DNA from: Mobilicoccus sp.
GTDB lineage: Bacteria > Actinomycetota > Actinomycetes > Actinomycetales > Dermatophilaceae
Assembly (NCBI GenBank): GCA_030538585.1
Contig: JAUNTP010000001.1
Coordinates: forward strand, 2,380 to 55,033
Reading direction: 5' to 3'
Length of the DNA stretch: 52,654 nucleotides
The notes below the pieces were generated by a model. That model was not told the origin of the DNA. It saw only the letters and a list, made by a program, of their open reading frames with translations, and ran no database searches. Made by a program: the position numbers and the translations under genes. Shown here piece after piece: positions 38,650-50,962 of this stretch; the first letter of the stretch is position 1, and the number at the start of each line of letters is the position of its first letter.

Positions 38650-39630
38650 GTGAGCCCTTCAGCCCCGCCGAGCGGTGGAGTCCCGCCGCTGGTGCTCGTC
38701 ACCGGCCCCGAGCAGATCCTCGCCGAGCGCGCAGTCGACTCGACCCTGGCGGCGCTGCGCTCCCTCGACGCCGAGACCGAGTACATCCGCATCGACATGG
38801 AGACCTACGAGCCGGGCCAGATCGGGATGCACTGCGCGCCGTCGCTGTTCGGCGGGGCCAAGTGCATCGTCGTGCGGGGCGCCGACCAGGCCGGTGACGA
38901 CGCGCAGGCCGACATGCTCGCCCAGATCGAGCGCCCCGAGGACGGCATCACCCTCGTCGTCGTGCACGCCGGCGGCAACCGCGGCAAGAAGGTGCTCGAC
39001 GCCCTCAAGAAGGGCGGCGCGCGAGTTTTGGAGGCTCCGGCCATCAAGTCCGACAAGGACAAGATCGATTTCGCCACCCACGAGTTCCGCGCCGGGCGCC
39101 GCAAAGCCACCCCGGGCGCGGTGCGGGCGCTCGTCGAGGCGGTCGGTAAAGACGTGCGCGAACTCGCGTCGGCCTGCCAGCAACTCATCGACGACACGAC
39201 CGGTGTCATCGACGAGGACGTCGTCACCCGCTACCACGGCGGCAAAGTCGAGGCCACGGGCTTCAAGGTCGCCGACGCCGCCGTCGCGGGCAACGCCCCC
39301 GAGGCGCTGCGGCTGCTGCGGCACGCGCTCGCCTCCGGCGTCGACCCCGTGCCCATCGTCGCGGTCCTCGCCGTCCAGTTGCGCCAACTCGCCAAGGTGG
39401 CGGGTGCCGGGCGGGGGAGTTCGGCCTCGCAGGCCAAGGCGCTCGGTATGGCACCGTGGCAGATCGACCGGGCCCGACGCGCCCTGCAGGGCTGGGACAT
39501 CGACGGCCTGGGCCGCTCCATCCAGGCCGTCGCCGCCGCGGACTTCGCCGTCAAGGGCGGCGGCCGCGACCCGGTCTACGCCGTCGAACACGCCGTCCTG
39601 ACCATCTGCGCGGAGCGCCGCGGCCGCTGA
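38650..39630 (+). CDS. holA: DNA polymerase III subunit delta
   Basis: LVTGPEQILAERA, PSLFG, VGKDVRELASACQQL, LGMAPWQI, VKGG. Confidence 0.93.
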   Translation: MSPSAPPSGGVPPLVLVTGPEQILAERAVDSTLAALRSLDAETEYIRIDMETYEPGQIGMHCAPSLFGGAKCIVVRGADQAGDDAQADMLAQIERPEDGITLVVVHAGGNRGKKVLDALKKGGARVLEAPAIKSDKDKIDFATHEFRAGRRKATPGAVRALVEAVGKDVRELASACQQLIDDTTGVIDEDVVTRYHGGKVEATGFKVADAAVAGNAPEALRLLRHALASGVDPVPIVAVLAVQLRQLAKVAGAGRGSSASQAKALGMAPWQIDRARRALQGWDIDGLGRSIQAVAAADFAVKGGGRDPVYAVEHAVLTICAERRGR

Positions 39631-39676
39631 CGACGCGCCTTCGCGACCCGGTCTTAGAGCCCTCGGTGGTCGGCCT

Positions 39677-40534
39677 TCACTCCTCGAAGAAGACGAGGTC
39701 GGCGATGTCGGGGGTGAGCCGCACCCAGGCACCCTCGACCTCGAGGAGGGCCCCGAACCAGGTGCGGTGCCCGTCGGGCAGCACGAGCACGTCGTCGCCG
39801 TGGCCGGCGAGGAACGCCTCGAAGTACGACAGATCCACCCCGTCTGCTCCGGCCAGGTACTCGGCGAGCCGGCGAAAGAGCTTGGGCATCATGACGAGCT
39901 CGTCGGCGAGGTGCAGCTGGTCGGTGAGCTCGAAGCCGCTGGTCGTGACGTCGCGGTCCCACACGCCGAGCCTCTCCGTGCGGGCGGTTTCGGAGGCCGC
40001 CCGCAGCTCGGCCCGAAGGTCGGTGAACAAGAGCGAATAGAACGTCGGGTAGGCGAGCCCGGTCCGCAGCAGGTGCGCGTTGGCCGACGCCGCGACATGG
40101 TCGGCCGTGATGAACCGCCGGGTGCCCGCGAACGGCGGCTCGCCACCGAACGCGAAGGCGATGGCGCGCCCGTAGCGGTCGGCGAAGCGGGTGGCGATCC
40201 AGCCGCGTGTCGTCACAGGGGTGGCTTCGGTGACGCGGCGCCGCGCGTCGCGGACTACCTCCTCGAATCCCAGGATGGTCAGCAGCTCGTCGGCGGCCGC
40301 GTCGGCGAGGTCCAGGGGTTGGTGGGTGACCATACCGCCTTTGGGCGGGGTGTAGTGGGTCTCGAGGGCGTCGATGCCGTCCAAGCGCAATTGCACGGCA
40401 CCGGCGGTGTTGAGGCGCACGCGCATCCGAGCCGCGGCGAACGCCTCGGGGTCGTCGGGGGCGAAGCGCACGGAGTCCCCGTCGGGCGATGCCCCCAGAA
40501 CGCGGAACTCACCCCGCATCACGTGAAAGCTCAT
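39677..40534 (-). CDS. Thermonuclease (SNase)-like nuclease, no signal peptide
   Basis: PDGDS, RLDGIDALE, DRYGR, NAHLLRTGLA, ARTERLGVW; TAGCGT -10 8 nt upstream. Confidence 0.8.
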   Translation of the reverse strand: MSFHVMRGEFRVLGASPDGDSVRFAPDDPEAFAAARMRVRLNTAGAVQLRLDGIDALETHYTPPKGGMVTHQPLDLADAAADELLTILGFEEVVRDARRRVTEATPVTTRGWIATRFADRYGRAIAFAFGGEPPFAGTRRFITADHVAASANAHLLRTGLAYPTFYSLLFTDLRAELRAASETARTERLGVWDRDVTTSGFELTDQLHLADELVMMPKLFRRLAEYLAGADGVDLSYFEAFLAGHGDDVLVLPDGHRTWFGALLEVEGAWVRLTPDIADLVFFEE

Positions 40535-40600
40535 GGCCGACAACGCTAGAACGACGACGGGCACCCGCGATGGGCGTCGGCGTGAACACCTGGTGTCGCT

Positions 40601-40633
40601 CTCGCCGAGACCGTCGGTTCGGCGGTCTCGGCG
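40601..40633. repeat. Palindrome sharing CTCGCCGAGACCGTCGGTTCG with 16173-16214
   Basis: CGCCGAGACCGTC-GGTTC-GGCGGTCTCGGCG hairpin. Confidence 0.65.
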
Positions 40634-40810
40634 GAGTAGGGGCGCGATTCGGTGAGTTCGAGCGTGGCTGGTAGCGTTGATCCTCGTGTGTGCGCCCAGG
40701 TCGTGCGCCGACACACGTGATGCAGTCCGCTCTTGGCCGGGACCTGACCCGTTCCGGAGGTGAGAGCGGGCCTGTCCCTGACAGCCCAACGACCGGAAAC
40801 GAGAGTCACC

Positions 40811-41071
40811 ATGGCGAACATCAAGTCGCAGATGAAGCGGATCAAGACCAACGCCAAGCGCACCGAGCGCAACCGGGCGTACAAGTCGGAGCTCCGCACC
40901 TGGATCCGTAAGTTCCGCGAGGCCACCGCGTCCGGGAACAAGGAGGAGGCCGCCTCCGCGCTGAGCACCGCGAGTCGCAAGCTCGACAAGGCGGTCAGCA
41001 AGGGCGTCATTCACAAGAACCAGGCTGCCAACAAGAAGTCGGCGATGGCCAAGGCGTACAACGCGCTCTGA
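40811..41071 (+). CDS. rpsT: 30S ribosomal protein S20
   Basis: [14 protein letters not shown]...[20 protein letters not shown]. Confidence 0.99.
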   Translation: MANIKSQMKRIKTNAKRTERNRAYKSELRTWIRKFREATASGNKEEAASALSTASRKLDKAVSKGVIHKNQAANKKSAMAKAYNAL

Positions 41072-41096
41072 GCCCCCTCGTCGCACAACGCGCGCC

Positions 41097-41130
41097 ACGC
41101 GCCCGTCGGGAAGCCTCCCGGCGGGCGCGT
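41097..41130 (+). terminator. Intrinsic terminator-like hairpin after rpsT
   Basis: ACGCGCCCGTCGGGA-AGCC-TCCCGGCGGGCGCGT. Confidence 0.7.
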
Positions 41131-41189
41131 CGTCGTTCGTCGACGCAGGTCACGGGCCCACCGGCCACGTCGTGGCCGCGCCGCGGCGG

Positions 41190-41211
41190 TGTCGGTGCGC
41201 TGCGCTAACCT
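41190..41211 (+). promoter_or_regulatory. PafBC/RecA-NDp-type promoter upstream of leuS
   Basis: TGTCGG-TGCGCTGCGC-TAACCT, exact TGTCGG-N10-TAnnnT spacing. Confidence 0.6.
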
Positions 41212-41279
41212 GACAGGCGGAACACCTCTTCGACGCGCGCCCGGCAGGCCGCGTCCTTTCGATCCGAGGCAAGGACGGC

Positions 41280-44195
<2,916 letters not shown>

Positions 44196-44200
44196 CCGTC

Positions 44201-45055
44201 GTGACGGTCGCCCTCGTCACCGATTCGACGGCCTACCTCCCCGAGGAGCTCATCGCCCGGCACGGGATCGTCGTCGTGCCGCTGCACGTCTCCGCGGACG
44301 ACGTGCAATACACCGAGGGGGTCGACCTCGACGAGGCCGATCTGCTCCGGCTGCTCAAGCGGTCGCGGAGGCTGACGACATCGCGCCCCTCACCGCGGGC
44401 GTTCTACGACGTGTACGAGCGCTTGGCGAGCCAGGGCGTGCGCGAGATCGTCTCGGTGCACCTGTCGGCCGAGCTGTCGGGCACCTACGACGCGGCGACC
44501 CTGGCCGCGCGGCAGGCGAGTGTGCCCGTCCACGTCGTCGATTCGGGCTCGATGGGGATGACGCTCGGACATGCCGTCCTGACGGCCGTGGACCGTGCCG
44601 AGCAAGGCGCGACGGGTGAGGAGGTGGCGCAGGCCGCGACCGCGCGAGCCCGCGCCGGCGGCCTGCTCTTCTACGTGCACACCCTGGAGTTTCTGCGCCG
44701 GGGCGGCCGGATCGGCAACGCGGCGGCGTTCCTCGGATCGGCGCTCGCGGTGCGACCTCTCCTGAGCCTTGACCAGGGCCGCATCGAACCGGTCGAGAAG
44801 GTGCGCACCACGGCGCGGGCACTCGCGAGGCTGGTCGACCTCGCCGGCGACTTCGCGAGCGAGCGGAACGAGCCCGTGGCGGTGACGGTGCATCATCTGC
44901 AGGACGAGGAGCGGGCCCAGCGGCTCGCGGCGGCGCTCGAAGAGAGGCTCGGCGCTGCCGTCGCCGACGAGGTCGCGGTCCGTCCTATCGGAGCCGTGGC
45001 CGCGGTCCACCTGGGACCGGGAGCGATGGCGGTGTCACTCAGTCCCACCGCCTGA
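44201..45055 (+). CDS. DegV family fatty-acid-binding protein
   Basis: LVTDSTAYLP, TTSRPSP, HLSAELSGTY, LRRGGRIG, HLGPG. Confidence 0.93.
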   Translation: MTVALVTDSTAYLPEELIARHGIVVVPLHVSADDVQYTEGVDLDEADLLRLLKRSRRLTTSRPSPRAFYDVYERLASQGVREIVSVHLSAELSGTYDAATLAARQASVPVHVVDSGSMGMTLGHAVLTAVDRAEQGATGEEVAQAATARARAGGLLFYVHTLEFLRRGGRIGNAAAFLGSALAVRPLLSLDQGRIEPVEKVRTTARALARLVDLAGDFASERNEPVAVTVHHLQDEERAQRLAAALEERLGAAVADEVAVRPIGAVAAVHLGPGAMAVSLSPTA

Positions 45056-45155
45056 CGCGCGCCTGCGTCCACACCTGCGGGGCGTCCCGTCCCGTATCCA
45101 CAGGCCCTGACCGAGCAGGTCCCACGCCCGGTCGACCTGCTCCTAGCGTCGGGGC

Positions 45156-46487
45156 ATGCCAGGTTCCAGTCGCGGCACGGAGCTGCTCATGGCCGCCCGG
45201 GCCGGCCGCACGCACAGACCCCCGACGCCGCAGCCACCACCACCCGGCCGGGACGCCGGGCCTGCGGGTGCGGCCCCCGAGGCTCGCCCGGGGTGGGAGT
45301 CGCTGTGGACCCCCCGGGCCGACGCCGTGACCGAACCCCTGGAGGTCCTGCCGCCGCCGGTGCAGGCACACCCACAGGCTGACTCCCATCCGCAGGCGCC
45401 GTCACCTGCTCCGGCTCGGTCGCCGTGGGCGGTACCGGCTGCAGCGTCGCCCCCTGCGCCGGGGTTGCCTGCCCCGGGGCTGGAGCCCGCATCATGGGCG
45501 GCGAACCTCTCGCCCGCACCGCGCGTGCCGGCGGGGCCTGTGGATCCGGCGCCCTGGGAGAACGCCCCGCATCCCTCGCCGCCGAGTTCGTCTCGACCAC
45601 CGGCGCGCAGGCACGAGTCTCCTCCGGTCGAGCCGGCGCAGACATCTCCGCCCGAGGGGTGGGAGACCGACCCCCTGGACACCCGACGAGCTCGGCGCGC
45701 CGCGGTGGCTCGGGACTTGCCGTCGCGACGCCTCGTCCGGGCGGCCGACGGGGTCGTCGAGTTGCCGAGTGCCCTGCGGGGCGCGCGGGTGTCGCCGTCG
45801 GTGCTGGCCGTCATCGGTGCGGCGATCGTCGTCGTGATCGCTGTGGGGTGGTTCTTCGTCACCGTGCGGGGCGACGACGCGGGGGAGCCGGTCCCGACCA
45901 CGCGCGTGACGGCGGAGGGTCTCGAGGAGGCTGCCGGGCAGGGGGTCGCACCGGGACCACCGGTCGTCGGCGCCCCCGCCCCGACGGCGGCCACGCCGCC
46001 ACCGGGCGGCGAGGCGCCTCCTGCGGCGCCGGCGGCGGACATCTACGTGCACGTGGTGGGTCACGTCGCCAACCCCGGCGTGGTCACCCTCCCTGCCGGG
46101 AGCCGAGTGTCGGACGCGGTCGAGAAGGCCGGAGGTCCGACGTCGGCGGCCGTGCTCAGCGGCCTCAACCTGGCCCGGGTGCTCGTCGACGGTGAGCAGG
46201 TCGTCGTCCCGAACGCCGAGGGTGAGCCGCGGGTACCCATCGCGCTGGGCCCTCCACCCCCGGGAGCCCCGGCGCCGCCGGCCGACCCGGCGGGCGCGCT
46301 CGTCGACATCAACACGGCCGACCAGGCCACCCTCGAGACGCTGCCGAAGGTGGGTCCGGTCATCGCCGAGCGCATCATCGAGCACCGCACCGCGAACGGC
46401 CCGTTCGCGAGTGTCGATGACCTGAAGCAGGTCAAGGGTGTAGGGGCCAAGATCCTCGAGGAGATCCGGCCCAAGGCGCGTGTCTGA
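45156..46487 (+). CDS. comEA: Competence DNA receptor ComEA with long Pro-rich N-terminus
   Basis: TM segment, SLBB domain VHVVGHVANPGVVTLPAGSRV, HhH INTADQATLETLPKVGP...VKGVG; TAGCGT -10 6 nt before the ATG. Confidence 0.92.
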   Translation: MPGSSRGTELLMAARAGRTHRPPTPQPPPPGRDAGPAGAAPEARPGWESLWTPRADAVTEPLEVLPPPVQAHPQADSHPQAPSPAPARSPWAVPAAASPPAPGLPAPGLEPASWAANLSPAPRVPAGPVDPAPWENAPHPSPPSSSRPPARRHESPPVEPAQTSPPEGWETDPLDTRRARRAAVARDLPSRRLVRAADGVVELPSALRGARVSPSVLAVIGAAIVVVIAVGWFFVTVRGDDAGEPVPTTRVTAEGLEEAAGQGVAPGPPVVGAPAPTAATPPPGGEAPPAAPAADIYVHVVGHVANPGVVTLPAGSRVSDAVEKAGGPTSAAVLSGLNLARVLVDGEQVVVPNAEGEPRVPIALGPPPPGAPAPPADPAGALVDINTADQATLETLPKVGPVIAERIIEHRTANGPFASVDDLKQVKGVGAKILEEIRPKARV

Positions 46488-48969
46488 GACCACGTCGCGC
46501 CCGCGTGAGGCCGCTCCCGACGCACCTGTCGGCGACATTCGGCTGCTCCTACCCGCACTCGTGGCGTGGGCGGCGGTGGTGATCCTGCTCGGGCGGGGGC
46601 CTGCGCCCGCACTCGCAGTGGCGGGGGGCGCGTCGAGCGTGGTGGCCCTCATCGGCCTCGTCGCCCTGTACCGGGGGAGACGTCCCAAGACCGGCACGTC
46701 AGTGACGCGGCCCTCGAGCCCCGAGGGCGAGGCCGCGTCGACGTGGGTGCGCCCGGCCGCGTTCGGGTTGCTGGTCCTCGCTCTGCTCGCCGTCGGGGTG
46801 GCGGGCGCCGAGCACCGTGACCGCGTGGGGCCGATCGAGGAGCTCGCGGCGCAGAGGGCCCACGTGCGCTTCGTGGCCCGGGTGGCGGGCGAGCCGCGGT
46901 TGCTGCGGAGCACGGAGGCGGGCCCGACCCGGGTCGTGGTCGACCTGCGCGTCACCGAGATCACCCACCGCGGGCAACACAGTGTCGTGGACACACCCGT
47001 CGTGGCCTTCGGCGACGAGACCTGGCTGGACGTGGGCTGGCGACAGGTGGTCAGCGTCGAAGGCACGTTGCGCACGCCCCGCCCGGGGGATCGGGCGCGC
47101 GCGACGGTGAGCGCCGACGCCCCCGTCATCGTGGCCGGACCGGGCCCGGTGATCGCCGCCTCCGACGCGGCGCGGGCCGCGATGACCCGGGCCGTCGCGC
47201 CCCTGCCCGCCGACCCGCGAGGGTTGATCCCGGCCCTGGTCATCGGCGATCGCACCGGATTGCCCGATGACCTCACCGACGCCATGGTCGCGACCGGTAT
47301 GTCCCACCTCACCGCAGTCTCGGGCACCAACTGTACGCTCGTCGTCGGCGCCGCCGTGTGGATCAGCTCGCTGGTGGGAGCGCCGCGCCGACTCCGGCCG
47401 TTCGTCGGGGCCGTCGTGCTGGCCGGGTTCGTCGTCCTCGCACGCCCCGACCCCAGCGTGCTGCGGGCGGCTGTCATGGGCGCGCTCGGCCTCCTCGCCA
47501 TCGTGAGTTCGCGTCGCGCCGTGGCGATGCCGGCCCTCGGCGGCGCGATCGTCGTCCTCCTGCTCGTGGACCCATGGCTGGGCCGCTCGTTCGGCTTCGC
47601 CCTCTCGGTGCTCGCGACGCTGGGGTTGCTGCTGTTCGCGCGGCCGTGGTCGGTGGCACTGAGGGGGCGAGCACCCTGGCTCGGGCGGGTCGCCGAGGCG
47701 CTCGTCATCCCCCTCGCGGCCCAGGTCACCTGCGCGCCCGTCATCGTGCTGCTCCAAGGGGAGATCAGCGTCGTCGGGGTGCTCGCCAACGCCCTCGCCG
47801 CACCGCTGGTCGCCCCGGCCACGATCCTCGGCGCCGTCGTGGCCGTCCTGGGTGTGCCCTGGCCGTGGGGTGCGACGGTGATCGCCTGGTGCGCCGCCCT
47901 GCCCACGTGGCTCGTCGCGCTCATCGCACGCAGCGCCGAACAGGCGCCGCTGCGCGCGGTTCCCTGGCGCTCGGACACGCTCGGCGCGCTCGGGCTGGCG
48001 TTGCTCACCGTTCTCGTGGTGCTGTTCGGACGTTCCTTGTCCCGCGCCCTGCGACGACGCCTGACGGTCGTGGTCGTCGTCGTGACGCTCGCCGCAGTGG
48101 TCGCGATCCCGATCCTGCTGCGTCCCAGCGCCTTCCCGGGACCGCACCCGGCCGTCGTCATGTGCGACGTGGGGCAGGGTGATGCCATCGTCCTCATGAG
48201 TGGGCCCGCGCGCGCCGTCGTCGTCGACACCGGCCCTGACCCGGACGCCCTGGACCGGTGCCTGGACGCGCTCGCCGTGAAGACCGTCGACGCCGTGGTC
48301 CTCACCCACTTCGACAGCGACCACGTCGGGGGCCTCCCCGGGCTGGACCGGGGTCGCAGCGTCGGCGATGTCGTCATCTCCGCCGCGTCGCTGGAAGACA
48401 CCCGACCGGCGGTCGCGGACTGGTGGACGCGGCACGGGCGACCGGTTCACGCCGTCGCCCAGGGGGAGGTCCTGCGGTGGGGGCAGGTCGCCGTGCTGGT
48501 GCGTGGCCCGGTGCCCGGCGCGCGGGGGCTCTCGCCCAACGGCGGATCCCTCGTCCTTGACGCCGCCGTCGCCAACGGCGACGACACCGACACCGTACGG
48601 GTACTGCTGCTCGCCGACGCCGACGAGGCCGCCAGTGCCGTCGTGCGCGCCGATCTGCGCACTCGGCCCGTCACCGACATCGGGGGCATCGAGGTGGGGC
48701 CCATCGACGTGGTCAAGGTGGCCCATCACGGGTCGGCGGATCACGACCCGATGCTCATGACGCTCGTGGCAGCCCCGGCGGCGCTCATCAGCGTGGGGGA
48801 GGACAACACCTACGGGCACCCGTCGACCGGTCTCCTCGACAGCGTGCGGGACGCGGGGTCGACTGTCTACCGCAGCGACGAGGACGGCGCGGTGGCGCTG
48901 CGCAAGGAGGACGGTCGACTCCTGGCCGTCCGCGAACGTGGGTCAGCTCGCGTCGGGGCAGGCCCGTGA
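46480..48969 (+). CDS. comEC: Competence channel ComEC/Rec2
   Basis: GMSHLTAVSGTN, PSVLRAAVM, GFALSVLAT, MBL domain DVGQGD, THFDSDH, KVAHHGS, NTYGHP. Confidence 0.94.
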   Translation: MSETTSRPREAAPDAPVGDIRLLLPALVAWAAVVILLGRGPAPALAVAGGASSVVALIGLVALYRGRRPKTGTSVTRPSSPEGEAASTWVRPAAFGLLVLALLAVGVAGAEHRDRVGPIEELAAQRAHVRFVARVAGEPRLLRSTEAGPTRVVVDLRVTEITHRGQHSVVDTPVVAFGDETWLDVGWRQVVSVEGTLRTPRPGDRARATVSADAPVIVAGPGPVIAASDAARAAMTRAVAPLPADPRGLIPALVIGDRTGLPDDLTDAMVATGMSHLTAVSGTNCTLVVGAAVWISSLVGAPRRLRPFVGAVVLAGFVVLARPDPSVLRAAVMGALGLLAIVSSRRAVAMPALGGAIVVLLLVDPWLGRSFGFALSVLATLGLLLFARPWSVALRGRAPWLGRVAEALVIPLAAQVTCAPVIVLLQGEISVVGVLANALAAPLVAPATILGAVVAVLGVPWPWGATVIAWCAALPTWLVALIARSAEQAPLRAVPWRSDTLGALGLALLTVLVVLFGRSLSRALRRRLTVVVVVVTLAAVVAIPILLRPSAFPGPHPAVVMCDVGQGDAIVLMSGPARAVVVDTGPDPDALDRCLDALAVKTVDAVVLTHFDSDHVGGLPGLDRGRSVGDVVISAASLEDTRPAVADWWTRHGRPVHAVAQGEVLRWGQVAVLVRGPVPGARGLSPNGGSLVLDAAVANGDDTDTVRVLLLADADEAASAVVRADLRTRPVTDIGGIEVGPIDVVKVAHHGSADHDPMLMTLVAAPAALISVGEDNTYGHPSTGLLDSVRDAGSTVYRSDEDGAVALRKEDGRLLAVRERGSARVGAGP

Positions 48970-49875
48970 GGTGAGCCCGGCCGCGCTTTCGCACAGGGCC
49001 TGCAAGGTGGCGGCCACCGCGGGTACCCGTTCGAGGTCGGGGGTGGTGACGGCGTGCACGGTGCGATGCGAGGGCGGGGTGATGGGCAGGATGGTGACGT
49101 CCGCGTTGGTGATGGCCGCGAGGATGAGATCGGGGATGAGCGCCACCCCCAGGCCGGCCGCGACGAATCCCTGGACGGCGACGTAGTCCTCCGTCTCATA
49201 GCCCACGCGGGGCCGGAACCCCGCCTCGTCACACAGCGACAGCAGGTGTCCCCGACAGCGCGGGCAGCCCGCGATCCAGGAGTCGTCCGCCAGGTCCTCC
49301 AGGCGCGCCACCCCGGCGCGGGCCAGGGGGTGGTCCGGCGGGACGGCCAGACGGACCGCATCCTCCAACAGGGCGTGGGTGACCAGACCCTCGAGGTCTT
49401 CACCCCGCGCCACGTCCGTGCCCTCGTAGGCGAACGCCACCGCGAGGTCACACTCCCCGCTGCGCAGCGCCGCGAGCGACTCGGGGGGTTCGGCCTCGGT
49501 GAACGTCACCGTGACGTCGGGATGACGCTCGGCCATGAGCGCCAGCGCCCGCGGCACGAGCGTGCTCGACGAGGACGGGAACGCCATGAGACGCACCCGG
49601 CCGGCCCGCAGACCGGCGATGGCCGCGACCTCGTCCTCGGCCTGATCCAGGGCGCCCAAGACGGGCCCCGCGTGGCGGGCGAGGACGTGACCGGCCTCGG
49701 TGAGCCGGATCGAGCGACCCACCCGCTCCACCAGGACCGTGCCGAGACGCTGCTCGAGCCGACGCACCATCTGCGAGATCGCCGGCTGGGAGTACCCCAA
49801 GGACGTGGCGGCGCCCGTGAAGCTGCCCTCGTCGGCAATGGCCTTCATGACCCGCAGGCCCGCAGCGTCGATCAT
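48943..49875 (-). CDS. LysR family transcriptional regulator
   Basis: GSFTGAATSLGYSQPAISQMVRRLE HTH, LTEAG, VAAGLGVALIP; TAGGCT -10 6 nt upstream. Confidence 0.94.
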   Translation of the reverse strand: MIDAAGLRVMKAIADEGSFTGAATSLGYSQPAISQMVRRLEQRLGTVLVERVGRSIRLTEAGHVLARHAGPVLGALDQAEDEVAAIAGLRAGRVRLMAFPSSSSTLVPRALALMAERHPDVTVTFTEAEPPESLAALRSGECDLAVAFAYEGTDVARGEDLEGLVTHALLEDAVRLAVPPDHPLARAGVARLEDLADDSWIAGCPRCRGHLLSLCDEAGFRPRVGYETEDYVAVQGFVAAGLGVALIPDLILAAITNADVTILPITPPSHRTVHAVTTPDLERVPAVAATLQALCESAAGLTSRACPDAS

Positions 49876-49937
49876 GGGGCCAGCCTAGTGTCCCGGCGCG
49901 GCGCGTGAGCGGACGCTCGCGCGCCGCGGCCCGGTGA

Positions 49938-50645
49938 TCAGACGCTGCGCAGCACCGCCGTGACCTTGCCGAGGATGGTGGCCTCGTCGCCGTCGATCGG
50001 GTCGTAACTGGCGTTGTGGGGCAGCAGCCACACGTGGCCGTCGCGTCGCTTGAACGTCTTGACGGTGGCCTCGCCGTCGATCATCGCGGCGACGACGTCG
50101 CCGTTCTCGGCCTGCGGCTGCTGACGCACCACCACCCAGTCGCCGTCACAGATGGCGGCGTCGATCATCGAGTCGCCGACGACCTTGAGCATGAACAACC
50201 GGCCGTCGCCGACCACCTGACGGGGCAGCGGGAAGACGTCCTCGATCATTTCCTCGGCCATGATCGGCACGCCCGCGGCGATGCGGCCGAGGATGGGCAC
50301 GTACGACGGCTCGGGACGTGCGTCGCCCGACCCGGTGTCGTCGTGACCCGAGACGATGGCCTGGGCGATGGCGGCGGCGTCGGCGCCCGGCGGGGGAGCG
50401 ACGATCTCCAGGGCGCGCGGCCGGTTCGGGTCTTTGCGCAGGTAGCCCTTGCGCTCCAGGGCCGACAGCTGGTGCGCCACGCTGCTGGGGCTGGTGAGAC
50501 CGACGGCCTCACCGATCTCCCGCAGGCTCGGCGGGTACCCACGGGCGTCGACGCACGCGCGGATGAACTCCAGCACCTTGCGCTGACGCGGCGTGAGGCC
50601 GGGGGTCTCTCGACGTCGAAGGGGTCGAACCGTGTCCTCGCCCAT
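49938..50645 (-). CDS. lexA: SOS repressor LexA
   Basis: [19 protein letters not shown] cleavage site, GDSM Ser, TVK Lys. Confidence 0.97.
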   Translation of the reverse strand: MGEDTVRPLRRRETPGLTPRQRKVLEFIRACVDARGYPPSLREIGEAVGLTSPSSVAHQLSALERKGYLRKDPNRPRALEIVAPPPGADAAAIAQAIVSGHDDTGSGDARPEPSYVPILGRIAAGVPIMAEEMIEDVFPLPRQVVGDGRLFMLKVVGDSMIDAAICDGDWVVVRQQPQAENGDVVAAMIDGEATVKTFKRRDGHVWLLPHNASYDPIDGDEATILGKVTAVLRSV

Positions 50646-50770
50646 GGCGGGTCCTCTCTGGCCGGTGTTACCGACGGAGCGCCACCTCTCCGGCCGACTC
50701 CTCGTGTGTCGCGCCGCCGTCCGAGCGAGGCCGGTGGGGCTCTGCCCGGACGAAACCGCAGGTCGAAGGG

Positions 50771-50793
50771 TTGTCGGTGGTGACTGCTCCACT
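50771..50793 (+). promoter_or_regulatory. Possible PafBC-type promoter pointing to the LysM gene
   Basis: TTGTCGGTG-GTGACTGC-TCCACT; -10 lacks the A. Confidence 0.4.
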
Positions 50794-50831
50794 ACTGATA
50801 CGGACATCCTAAGGGTGGTCGCACAGGTGTT

Positions 50832-50847
50832 TCAAACACATGTGCGA
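50832..50847. promoter_or_regulatory. LexA box in the lexA/LysM divergent region
   Basis: TCAAAC-ACAT-GTGCGA. Confidence 0.7.
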
Positions 50848-50882
50848 TCAGGTGTGGACAGCGTGTCGCAAACGCGGGATGA

Positions 50883-50898
50883 TCGTACGAAAGTTCGA
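50883..50898. promoter_or_regulatory. Second LexA box in the lexA/LysM region
   Basis: TCGTAC-GAAA-GTTCGA. Confidence 0.7.
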
Positions 50899-50962
50899 CA
50901 GACATATGCTCGGACCGCGCGACCGGCTCGCGCGGTGGATCACGGTAGAGAAGGAGCCCGTC

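Noticed and set aside
41130-41279. T-box leader for leuS
   Set aside because: Too short and no T-box consensus visible
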